From contig JBGQGS010000001.1 in NCBI GenBank assembly GCA_041497555.1, forward strand, positions 3,687-67,686: DNA of 64,000 bases, given 5' to 3'. Positions 46,569 to 54,852 of this stretch are shown piece by piece. Position 1 is the first letter of the stretch; each line of letters begins with the position of its first letter. The stretch is from Candidatus Dormibacteraceae bacterium. GTDB lineage: Bacteria; Chloroflexota; Dormibacteria; Dormibacterales; Dormibacteraceae. The notes beneath the pieces were generated by a model. It worked only from the letters and a program-made list of their open reading frames with translations. It made no database searches and was not told where the DNA came from. A program made the translations under genes and the position numbers.

Positions 46569-47132
46569 ATGGCTCGTCTGATCAAGGCCGCGGGCCCGAT
46601 CGAGTTGCGCGATGCCCTCGACGACAGCTTTGCCGCGCTCGTCCGCTCGATCATGTACCAGCAGCTCGCAGGCGCTGCCGCGGCCACGATTCACGGTCGC
46701 TTCTTGAAGCTGTTCGCCGACGCACTTTCCCCCGCACTCGTGCTGGCGCTCCCTGATGGCGCCATGCGGTCGGCTGGTGTCAGCGGCTCGAAGGCGGCGG
46801 CCATAACTGATCTCGCACGCAAAGTGGAGGACGGCACCGTGCCGCTGCACGACGTCGATTCAGTTTCCGACGATGACCTGGTCGCACGCCTGGTCCAGGT
46901 CCGAGGTATCGGCCGGTGGACAGCGGAGATGTTCCTCATCTTCCAGCTGCGCCGGCTCGATGTATGGCCGGTGGACGACTACGGCGTGCGCAAGGGCTGG
47001 GCGCTAGGGCACCAGGTCAAAGACCTGCTCAGCCCGCGCGCTTTGCAAGCGGAGGGCGATCGCTTTCGACCTTATCGCACGGTCGCGGCGTGGTACTGCT
47101 GGCGCGCAGTCGATACGGTTCTTCCCGCTTAG
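46569..47132 (+). CDS. HhH-GPD DNA glycosylase (short AlkA-type 3-methyladenine glycosylase II)
   Basis: Contains LVRSIMYQQLAGAAAATI, VRGIGRWTAEMFLIF, and the catalytic region WPVDDYGVRKG. Confidence 0.8.
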   Translation: MARLIKAAGPIELRDALDDSFAALVRSIMYQQLAGAAAATIHGRFLKLFADALSPALVLALPDGAMRSAGVSGSKAAAITDLARKVEDGTVPLHDVDSVSDDDLVARLVQVRGIGRWTAEMFLIFQLRRLDVWPVDDYGVRKGWALGHQVKDLLSPRALQAEGDRFRPYRTVAAWYCWRAVDTVLPA

Positions 47133-47788
47133 CGAGCGTACTTTCGGCGAAGGCGCTCGATCTGCTCGTCGGTCATCGACGGCGCGCCATACGCATCGAG
47201 AAAATAGCGCGCGAAGCCTTTGCCGAAGTTGTACTGGAGGGTCCAGACTCCAGCAGCAAGGTCCTGGCCTGGATCACCAAGGCCGGAGCCTCCGACGTCG
47301 ATCAACCCGCTCAGGCTTCCCTCGCTGACCAGCACGTTCGGCAGGCAGTAGTCCCCATGGATCAGGACATGGCCGCGCTGCGGAGTGCCGAAGGGGCAAC
47401 CCGTCGCATCAGTGCCATGAATGGTGCGCAGGATTTCACCGAACACGCGCGCAACGCGCTCCGGCGACCATCCGACCGAGGGGTCGTAAAGCGGGACACC
47501 GACGAGTTCACGAGTCATGAGCCAATCGTCGCCGGCCGCATGGATGAACCCAACAAGCTCGGGCACCGGCAGGAGCCCGCGGAGCCATGCCAGGCGGTCG
47601 CGTTCGCCCGCGAGATCCGCCGCCCGCTTGACGTATACCGTCCCCGATTCTCCTGCGAGCCGCCACACGGTGCCCGCCCGGCTCATCCATGCGAGCTCAC
47701 CGTCGAGCCGCGATGCTCCAATGGCGGTCTGGGCTGCCGATCGGACCCTTCGTGGAAGCCTTAGAGTCGGCGATGAAGATTCCATCAA
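47129..47788 (-). CDS. aminoglycoside/choline-kinase-type phosphotransferase (APH family), short
   Basis: Contains VLIHGDYCLPNVLV and LIDVGGSGLGDPGQDLA. Confidence 0.75.
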   Translation of the reverse strand: MMESSSPTLRLPRRVRSAAQTAIGASRLDGELAWMSRAGTVWRLAGESGTVYVKRAADLAGERDRLAWLRGLLPVPELVGFIHAAGDDWLMTRELVGVPLYDPSVGWSPERVARVFGEILRTIHGTDATGCPFGTPQRGHVLIHGDYCLPNVLVSEGSLSGLIDVGGSGLGDPGQDLAAGVWTLQYNFGKGFARYFLDAYGAPSMTDEQIERLRRKYAR

Positions 47789-47869
47789 GCGTCCTCTGTA
47801 CCATGACGCAGGGCGCAGGCGTGATCACGTGTCGGGGGTGGGTTTCGTAGTGCGGTCGAGCAGACGCGG

Positions 47870-49591
47870 ATGGCGGCACTGGGGATGAGCCTCGCCCGGG
47901 CTCTTCCAGAATCTCCTGATGCATTCAAGGACGCATCCTGGGAGGACATTCTTCCCTACTACGAAGGGCTCGCTTCGGTCCCGCTCGACCGCACCAACGT
48001 TGAAGCATGGCTGGCCGACTGGTCTCGATTCGAGTCTTTGCTCTCAGAGGCCGGCGCCCTCGTGAGCTTCGCCTACTCGTGCGACACGTCTGATCCCGCT
48101 CGGGAGGCAGCTCAGCTGAGGTTCGGAACGCAGATCTCGCCGAAGGCGCGCGAGCAACGGGTACGCCTGCAGGAGCGCCTGGTCGAGCTGGACTACGTGA
48201 GGCCGGGACTCGAGACGACAGTGGAGCGATTCCGCAACCAGATGAACCTGTTCAGCGAGTTCAACGTACCGCTCTTTGGCGATCTCTCCAGGCTCGAGAC
48301 GGAATGGTCGAAGGTCAACGGGGCGATGACAGTCGATTGGGACGGCGAAGAGAAGACGCCCGCACAGCTCCTGCCCTTTCTCGAGTCGAGTGACCGCGCC
48401 GTGCGAGAGCGCGCTTTCAGGCTGCGCGCCAAGCCGTATATCGAGCAGCGCGACGCACTCGCGGATCTCTTCGATCGCATGTACGACCTGCGCCAGCAGG
48501 TCGCCCGAAATGCGGGCTTCGAAAACTACCGCGACTACGCACACATCGAAAAGAATCGCTTCGACTACACGCCGGACGACTGCAAGCGTTTTCACGAAGC
48601 AGTCGAGTCTGCGGTTCTGCCGGCAGTCGAGCGTCTCCTGGAGCGGCACCGACGTCAGATCGGCGTCGACCGGCTGCGCCCTTGGGACATCACGGCGGAT
48701 GCCAAGGGCCGGCCGCCGCTGAAACCTTTCGACGACATCGCAACCCTCGTCGAGCGCGCAGCCGACGTTTTCGCCCATGTCGACCCAGACTTCCGGGCCT
48801 ACTACCGAAGCATGGCGGAGGAGCACCTACTCGACCTGGACAACCGTAAGGGCAAGGCCCCCGGCGGCTACTGCCAGACGCTCGCGTTCAGGAAGATGCC
48901 GCTCATCTTCATGAATGCGGTGGGGGTTGACGGTGACGTGCGCACACTGTTGCACGAAGCAGGCCACGCGTTCCATTCTTTCGAGGCGTCACAGCTCCCG
49001 CTTCTCTTTCAGCGTCATCCTGGGTCAGAGATGGCTGAGGTCGCGTCGATGTCGATGGAGCTGCTGGCCGCACCCTTCATCGACCGGGATAGCGGGGGAT
49101 ACTACAGCGAGGAAGACGCCCGACGGTCTCGAGCCGAGCTGCTGCAGGGCATCGTCATGTTCTTCACTCACTGTGCCTCGGTCGATGCTTTTCAGCACTG
49201 GATTTACCTGGACAAAGACGGCCGCGACGCCGGTGCCCGCGACCGCGAATGGCTGGAGCTGCGCCGGCGCTTCGAAGGTCCATCGGTGGATTGGGACGGC
49301 CTGGATGCAGAACGAATCGCGCGCTGGTACCAGCAGCCACATCTCTTCGGCAGCCCGTTCTACTACATCGAGTACGGAATCGCGCAGCTCGGCGCGCTGC
49401 AGGTGTGGCGGAACAGCCTGCGGGACGGCGGCAAAGCGGTCCGCCAGTACCGCGAAGCGCTAGCTCTCGGCGCGACGAAGCCGCTGCCCGAGTTGTTCAA
49501 GGCGGCGGGTGCGAGGCTGATCTTCGACAGCAGCGGTATGCGCGAGCTGATCTCGCTGGTCGAGGAAGAACTGGCCAAGCTCGACGGCTGA
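47870..49591 (+). CDS. M3-family oligoendopeptidase (PepF type)
   Basis: Zinc motif HEAGHAFH plus a downstream E (EVASMSME). 573 aa. An alternative ATG lies at 47885. Confidence 0.9.
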   Translation: MAALGMSLARALPESPDAFKDASWEDILPYYEGLASVPLDRTNVEAWLADWSRFESLLSEAGALVSFAYSCDTSDPAREAAQLRFGTQISPKAREQRVRLQERLVELDYVRPGLETTVERFRNQMNLFSEFNVPLFGDLSRLETEWSKVNGAMTVDWDGEEKTPAQLLPFLESSDRAVRERAFRLRAKPYIEQRDALADLFDRMYDLRQQVARNAGFENYRDYAHIEKNRFDYTPDDCKRFHEAVESAVLPAVERLLERHRRQIGVDRLRPWDITADAKGRPPLKPFDDIATLVERAADVFAHVDPDFRAYYRSMAEEHLLDLDNRKGKAPGGYCQTLAFRKMPLIFMNAVGVDGDVRTLLHEAGHAFHSFEASQLPLLFQRHPGSEMAEVASMSMELLAAPFIDRDSGGYYSEEDARRSRAELLQGIVMFFTHCASVDAFQHWIYLDKDGRDAGARDREWLELRRRFEGPSVDWDGLDAERIARWYQQPHLFGSPFYYIEYGIAQLGALQVWRNSLRDGGKAVRQYREALALGATKPLPELFKAAGARLIFDSSGMRELISLVEEELAKLDG

Positions 49592-49609
49592 GGCTGTTGG
49601 GTCCGGATC

Positions 49610-50506
49610 TCAGTTGTTCAGGATGTCCCGCAGCGGTTTTTTGGGACCGAACCGAGGCGCTCCGATCCCGGAGACGGTCAACAACCGGATCACCCGGGCA
49701 CGGTGTCCGCGATACGGGTGGAGCAACTCCAACATGCGCTCGTCGCTCGAACGCGGAGTCCCCTCCAGCGCGTAGCCGACCGTGTGAGGTAGGTGGTAGT
49801 CGCCCACAGGCACCGCGTCCGGGTCGCCCAACGCGACAAGGGCAACTTTCGCCGCGGTCCATGGGCCGATTCCCGGAAATGCTTCCAACCGGCGATATGC
49901 GCTCACCAGGTCCATCGCGGTGATCTCCTCGAGCCGGTTGGCGCTCCTGGCGGCCCGGATGATCACCTCGGCCCGGCGGCGCTCTATACCAAAGCGGTGG
50001 AACGCCCAGTAGGGAGTTCGTGCCAGCTCCTGCGCCGAGGGCGGGATCTTGAGACGCACCGGCCCAGGAGCCGGCTCACCAAGCTCCTCCACGAGGGCTC
50101 GGTACCCGGCTTTCGCCTCGATCGTGGTCACCTTTTGGGCCAGCACAGCCGGCACCAGCGCTTCGAACACCGCCTGCGTCCTTGGAAGCCGCATTCCGGG
50201 GTGGCGGCGGTGCAGGTCCGCGATCAGGCGATGCTGCGGGCGGAAACCGCTGGCGTCGTCCTGCTCCCCGCAAAGCGAAGCAGCTCGTGCAGACACCCAG
50301 TCAGCGCCGGGCCCCCAGGCCTCCACCTCGATCGTTCCCGTCGCATGTCGCAGGTGGATCGTCGCCGGGCCGTCCGGCGTTCGGGTTGCCCGCCACGCAT
50401 CGGTGCCGTCGATCCGGAGTGAGGGACCGAAGCCGATTGGAGCAAGGGTCGAGCAGATGTCGAGGGGCCGGCCGGTTTCATAAGACGTCCGCACGTGCGG
50501 TTCCAC
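49610..50506 (-). CDS. AlkA-like DNA-3-methyladenine glycosylase II (HhH-GPD with N-terminal domain)
   Basis: Contains FPGIGPWTAAKVALVALGDPDAVPVGDYHL. Confidence 0.8.
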   Translation of the reverse strand: MEPHVRTSYETGRPLDICSTLAPIGFGPSLRIDGTDAWRATRTPDGPATIHLRHATGTIEVEAWGPGADWVSARAASLCGEQDDASGFRPQHRLIADLHRRHPGMRLPRTQAVFEALVPAVLAQKVTTIEAKAGYRALVEELGEPAPGPVRLKIPPSAQELARTPYWAFHRFGIERRRAEVIIRAARSANRLEEITAMDLVSAYRRLEAFPGIGPWTAAKVALVALGDPDAVPVGDYHLPHTVGYALEGTPRSSDERMLELLHPYRGHRARVIRLLTVSGIGAPRFGPKKPLRDILNN

Positions 50507-50516
50507 GGCAAGCAGG

Positions 50517-51632
50517 CTACTGCTTCAGGGGAACCGCCAGGACGAAGGTGCTGCCACTTCCCAGCGTGGACTCGACCGTCAGATCTCCGTCATGCATCCG
50601 AGCGATCTCTCTCGAAAGCCAGAGGCCAAGCCCAGTGCCCGGCACATGCTGCGCGGTCGGGATGCGACCGAAACGGGTGAACAGGTTCGCCTGGTCTGCC
50701 GTGCTGATGCCCAAGCCCTGGTCGATCACGCAGACGGTGGCCATCCCGTCCATGCGCCGAATTCGAACCGTGATTACCGAACCGGCCGGCGAGTACTTCG
50801 CCGCGTTGCTCAGCAGGTTTCTGACCACCATCTGAAAGCGGTCGGGGTCAATGTCAGCTTCCAGCGGCTCTGCGGGCTCATCGACCTTGAGGTCGTGGCT
50901 CCTGAGCAGCATCTTCACCCCTTCAATCGCCACGCCCGTGAGCTCGACGATGTCGCCGCGTTTCTTGTTGAGTGCCAGCCGGCCCTCTTCCAGCCGCGAT
51001 GTTTCAACCATCTGCGCGAGCATCCAGTCGATCTCGTCAGACTTCGAGATGAGCAGCGGTAGTACCGAGCTGGCCTGGGGTGACAGCTCGCCCAGGGAAC
51101 CAGCCTCCAGCATGGTCAGGTAGCCCTTGATGATCGTCATGGGTCCGCGCAGCTCGTGCGATGCGATGTTGAGGAACTCGCTCTTGGCCCTTTCGAGGGC
51201 TTGGATCCGTGAGTTCAAAGTCACGCGGTCGAGGCCGGCCGTGATGCTGATCGCATACTGGACGAGGCGACGGATCTCATCGTCACGAAAAATCGGCTTC
51301 AGTCGTCTCGAGACTATGACGATTGCCCCTCTACCCTTCTGGAGATCCAGCGGCACGATGAGCATGTGATCCTTGCGCCAGTGCAGATCTCGCTGGCTTG
51401 CCGCCGGCGGCAGGTCGTTGCGCGCCGCGATCTTCTCCGCCTCGTCCCCGGCCATTCCCAGCGCGGCGAGGATGGACCCGTCCGAATCGATGACAAAGCC
51501 GCTCTCGCCGCCGACCATGCGCTGGGCCCACACGAGCGCCCGGTGCGCGAGCGTCTGGCGGTCCGGGCTGTAAACGAGCAGGTCGTGAAGGGCGCTGCGA
51601 AACTGGTCTTGCTCAGGCTGAAGCCGTGTCAC
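50517..51632 (-). CDS. cytoplasmic GAF-domain sensor histidine kinase
   Basis: H-box FLNIASHELRGPM, N-box LLSNAAKYS, and G-boxes DQGLGI / GTGLGL. Confidence 0.85.
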   Translation of the reverse strand: MTRLQPEQDQFRSALHDLLVYSPDRQTLAHRALVWAQRMVGGESGFVIDSDGSILAALGMAGDEAEKIAARNDLPPAASQRDLHWRKDHMLIVPLDLQKGRGAIVIVSRRLKPIFRDDEIRRLVQYAISITAGLDRVTLNSRIQALERAKSEFLNIASHELRGPMTIIKGYLTMLEAGSLGELSPQASSVLPLLISKSDEIDWMLAQMVETSRLEEGRLALNKKRGDIVELTGVAIEGVKMLLRSHDLKVDEPAEPLEADIDPDRFQMVVRNLLSNAAKYSPAGSVITVRIRRMDGMATVCVIDQGLGISTADQANLFTRFGRIPTAQHVPGTGLGLWLSREIARMHDGDLTVESTLGSGSTFVLAVPLKQ

Positions 51633-51683
51633 CCGGGCGAGGATAGCCCAAATGACGATATTTCAACGACAGGAGAGTTAGTT

Positions 51684-52133
51684 ATGAAGTGGGTGACCCG
51701 AAAGAACGCCAGCGTCGACCGGATCGCCTGCCCGTGGCTGGTCAAGCGGTTCATCGACCCGGACGCAGAGTTCCTGTACGTCCCGGCTCCAGAGGTTGCC
51801 GCCGTGGCTGGGCGCGAGGGCGCTATTCCGTACGACGTCGCGGACGTCGAGCTGGGCCACGTGGACGGCCGGTGCAGCTTTGAGTCGATCATCCTGAAAT
51901 ACGGCCTGCAGGACCCGGCGCTCAACCGCCTGGCCCAGATCGTGCATGGGGCGGATGTCACCGCCGACGTCGACAAGACACCGGAGGCGGCCGGCCTCAA
52001 GGCCATCGCCCATGGGTTCGCCATCGTCCATGGCGAGAACGACCACTTGAAGATCGACCTCGAAAGTCCCCTCTACGACGCCCTGTACGCGTGGTGCCAG
52101 AAGGAGGGGGCGAGAGTCAGGCCGCGGGAGTGA
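51684..52133 (+). CDS. ChrB C-terminal-domain (Chrome_Resist) protein
   Basis: MKWVTRKNASVDRIACPWLVKRFIDPDAEFLYV. AGGAGA lies 7 nt upstream of the ATG at 51684. Confidence 0.75.
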   Translation: MKWVTRKNASVDRIACPWLVKRFIDPDAEFLYVPAPEVAAVAGREGAIPYDVADVELGHVDGRCSFESIILKYGLQDPALNRLAQIVHGADVTADVDKTPEAAGLKAIAHGFAIVHGENDHLKIDLESPLYDALYAWCQKEGARVRPRE

Positions 52134-52872
52134 CCCGTATACCGTCGGGATCACCGCGCTCGCGGTCGAGACGCCTGACCTCGAAACTCTGAAGACCTCG
52201 CACGCCGTCTTCCACCGGCGCAGCGCCATGGCCCTCGAGCAGGTTGATGCCGAGGTGATGGTGGTAGCCATCCCAGCTCATGAAGCGCATCACCCGACCC
52301 GCTTCCGCCGTCAGCTCCATGCCCATCGACTCGTAGAACGCCTGTGAGCTGTCCAGGTCGGAGACGTTGAGGTGCATGTGGCCGAGTACCGTGCTGCCAG
52401 AGACCTTCTTCTCGGGCTTGTCGGCAATTCTCAGGAGCCGCTCGAAATCCAGGTGGTCGGTACCGATGTTCAATCGACCCTTCGGGTACTGCCACTCGCT
52501 GCGAGGACGGTCGGAGTAGACCTCGATGCCGTTTCCCTCCGGGTCGTCGAAATAGAGGGCCTGGCTGACGAAGTGGTCCGCCGTACCTGTCAGCGGCAGC
52601 TGCTCCTCGAGAGAGCGCTGGAGGAAACCACCGAGCTCCTCCTCCCGCGGCAGCAGGATCGCGAAATGGTAGAGGCCGGCCGTATGTTGCGGGCGTTCGC
52701 GTCCGCCCGGCAGCGCCCGGAGGCGAAGCAGTGGTGATCCGCCCGCGCCCAGCGTGGCGGTGGCGGCCCCGTCATCGATGCGCGTGAGGCCGAACCACTC
52801 GTAGAAGGCAACTTCCCGCTCGAGGTCGAGCACCTTGAGCTCGACAGACCCCAGCGGCCATTCAGAAGCCAT
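52117..52872 (-). CDS. two-domain VOC (glyoxalase / extradiol dioxygenase-like) protein
   Basis: 251 aa with two VOC repeats (LKVLDLEREVAFYEW...; HMHLNVSDLDSSQAFYES...). Confidence 0.85.
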   Translation of the reverse strand: MASEWPLGSVELKVLDLEREVAFYEWFGLTRIDDGAATATLGAGGSPLLRLRALPGGRERPQHTAGLYHFAILLPREEELGGFLQRSLEEQLPLTGTADHFVSQALYFDDPEGNGIEVYSDRPRSEWQYPKGRLNIGTDHLDFERLLRIADKPEKKVSGSTVLGHMHLNVSDLDSSQAFYESMGMELTAEAGRVMRFMSWDGYHHHLGINLLEGHGAAPVEDGVRGLQSFEVRRLDRERGDPDGIRVTPAA

Positions 52873-52962
52873 AACCGGTTCTCAATCTACCCACCGCGAT
52901 ACCGATTCATAACCTATCTGGCCGCCGCCGGGCGCGGCTCGCACGCGAGCATCTCGGCTGGG

Positions 52963-53135
52963 TGGCTGGGGAGGAAGGATTCGAACCTTCAAACTTCTGA
53001 TCCAGAGCGATCCGCCATACCACCGATTGCGATTTCGAATTGGCCATTACGTCTGATAAGTGAATTACGCGGTAGTCCCGAGTCTGTCCCGGGCGCAAAC
53101 TTGGCGCAAAACGTGTGCGTAGCGCATCTAACAAG
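52963..53135 (-). ncRNA. conserved ~175-nt element ending in a tRNA-Gln-like T-arm/acceptor/CCA module (copy 1); not a canonical tRNA
   Basis: The minus-strand 3' end reads GAAGG-UUCGAAU-CCUUC-CUCCCCA-G-CCA. A 7-nt loop CUCUGGA puts CUG at the anticodon position, and a D-arm-like GCAA-UCGGUGGUA-UGGC is present. No 5' acceptor strand (UGGGGAG) exists. A second copy lies at 61987-62165. Confidence 0.5.
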
Positions 53136-53273
53136 GGCGCTCTGTTGAGGTTTTCAACCCGCGCGCGGAGCAACTCCCGGGTTCCCGACCGGGGCTCGTC
53201 TACCTCCGGCTTGCGCAGTCAACTTGTATCGGGTTGCCGGCGACGACTCGCGTCGCCAGGTACACCTGAGGGG

Positions 53274-53939
53274 CTAGCCGGGATTCGCCTCGAGCAGGTG
53301 GGTCGCGTCGGCGAGCGACCGCAGCACCACGCGGTCGCCCTTCACGGCGAGGATTGTGACCGACGTGTACATCGGCATCACGGGCAGCTTCCCCCAGCCC
53401 AGCCCGAGCACGTTCGACACGTAGATCCCGATTGCAGCATTGTGTGTGATCGCGACCGCCCGGCCGTTTTCGGGCAGGCCGGCCACGATGTCGCGGATGG
53501 CGGCGGCGACTCGGTCGTACACCTCTGACTCCGACTCCGGAAATGGGTACTCGTCGGGCGCGTTGAGCTCGACTGCACCCCCTTCGTCCCAGTGGGTGCG
53601 CACCTCGCGCAGCCGTTGATCGGTGTGCACGGTCAGTCCGTGCGTCCTGGCGACCGCCTCACCGGTCTCGATCGCGCGGCGCAGGTCCGAAGCCCAGATG
53701 GAGTCGATCGGAACGTCGGCCAGGCGCTGCCCGAGGCGCGCCGCCTGCTCGCGCCCGAGCGGCGTCAGCGTCGGGTCGAGCACCCCTTCGCCGAGCCCTT
53801 CCATGCCAGTGTAGGCATCACCATGGCGCACCAGCCAGACCTCGCGGACGCCTTCGACACCGACCAGATGCCGCTCGTGCATCTCCTCGAGCATGCGGAG
53901 GAAGGCGACGCTGCGGTCGGTCGTGCCCTCCCTGCTCAA
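53274..53939 (-). CDS. histidine phosphatase (phosphoglycerate-mutase-like) family protein
   Basis: VWLVRHGDAY (RHG motif). The TTG start overlaps the upstream stop; the true start may be internal. Confidence 0.85.
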   Translation of the reverse strand: MSREGTTDRSVAFLRMLEEMHERHLVGVEGVREVWLVRHGDAYTGMEGLGEGVLDPTLTPLGREQAARLGQRLADVPIDSIWASDLRRAIETGEAVARTHGLTVHTDQRLREVRTHWDEGGAVELNAPDEYPFPESESEVYDRVAAAIRDIVAGLPENGRAVAITHNAAIGIYVSNVLGLGWGKLPVMPMYTSVTILAVKGDRVVLRSLADATHLLEANPG

Positions 53940-54829
53940 GCCGCCGTAACCGCCCGCTCGATCGCCGTTCGCAGTGCCTCGACAGCGCCGACGCAGAGCG
54001 ACAGCATGTCGGAATCGCGCGCGCCAGTCGAGAGCGCGAAGACGGTGTCACCGTCGAACGGTGTGTGAACGGGTCGGATCGACATCGCGAGCGCGTCGTG
54101 GGCGACCGTGGCCAGGCGATTGCAGGCGGTCTTGTCAAGGCCGGCGTCGGTCGCGACCACTGCCAGGGTGGTGCTGGCGCCCCACACCAGGGGCTTGGGC
54201 GGGCCCTCCGCGAGCAGGCGCGTCGAGGAGTCGGCGGCTGGGCCGCCGACGACGCGTCCTGAGCGGTCGACAACGTCGCCGACTGCGTTGACGACGGCCA
54301 GCGCTCCGACGGTGGCCCCGCTCGGCATGGTGACGCTGGCGGTTCCCAGCCCACCCGGTCTGGGCGGGCCGAAGAGCTTGCCGACCGTGGCGCCGGTTCC
54401 TGCACCGTGGCGTCCGGACCTGCAGACGGCCCCGCGCGCGGCGTCATCACAGGCGGCATAACCCTGATCGGGGCCCGGGTAGGCCGTCGGCGAGCCGGTG
54501 CCGAGGTCGAACAACACCGCGGCCGGAACGATCGGCACCAGCGCCGGGCCGACGGCGACCCCGATCCTGCGCTCGGCCAGCCATCGCATAACGCCGTCGG
54601 CGGCGGCAAGACCGAAGGCCGAGCCACCCGTCAGGAGCACCGCGTGCACCCGCTCCACCGTGCATCCGGGCCTCAGCAAGTCGGTTTCCCGCGTGCCCGG
54701 CGCCGCACCCCTCACGTCGACGCCGGCAACTGCGCCACCGGGCGGGAGCAGCACCACAGTGCAGCCTGTCTTCGCCTGCGGGTCCGACCAGTGCCCGACC
54801 CGAACGCCGGTCACGTCGGTGATCGCCAC
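53936..54829 (-). CDS. P1/S58-family peptidase (DmpA-type aminopeptidase)
   Basis: Contains ITDVTGVRVGHWSD...TGCTVVL...GTRETDLL...LTGGSAFGL. GTG start. Confidence 0.85.
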   Translation of the reverse strand: MAITDVTGVRVGHWSDPQAKTGCTVVLLPPGGAVAGVDVRGAAPGTRETDLLRPGCTVERVHAVLLTGGSAFGLAAADGVMRWLAERRIGVAVGPALVPIVPAAVLFDLGTGSPTAYPGPDQGYAACDDAARGAVCRSGRHGAGTGATVGKLFGPPRPGGLGTASVTMPSGATVGALAVVNAVGDVVDRSGRVVGGPAADSSTRLLAEGPPKPLVWGASTTLAVVATDAGLDKTACNRLATVAHDALAMSIRPVHTPFDGDTVFALSTGARDSDMLSLCVGAVEALRTAIERAVTAA

Positions 54830-54852
54830 GCTCGAACGGTACTCTGCTAGGC

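Noticed and set aside
52962-53000. 12-codon micro-ORF (M/V)AGEEGFEPS(N/T)F on the plus strand inside both tRNA-like elements, preceded by GGGGAGGAAGG-like purines
   Set aside because: The start codon arises from the TG of the TGG (complement of CCA) plus any A/G/T before it, so it is expected by chance. The conservation is explained by the T-arm and acceptor sequence itself.
53015-53030. GGUGGUA in the tRNA-like elements resembles the T-box motif GGGUGGUACCGCG
   Set aside because: No specifier loop or Stem I features, and no terminator/antiterminator alternative. The downstream genes are not aminoacyl-tRNA or amino-acid genes, and the element itself carries the tRNA-like end.
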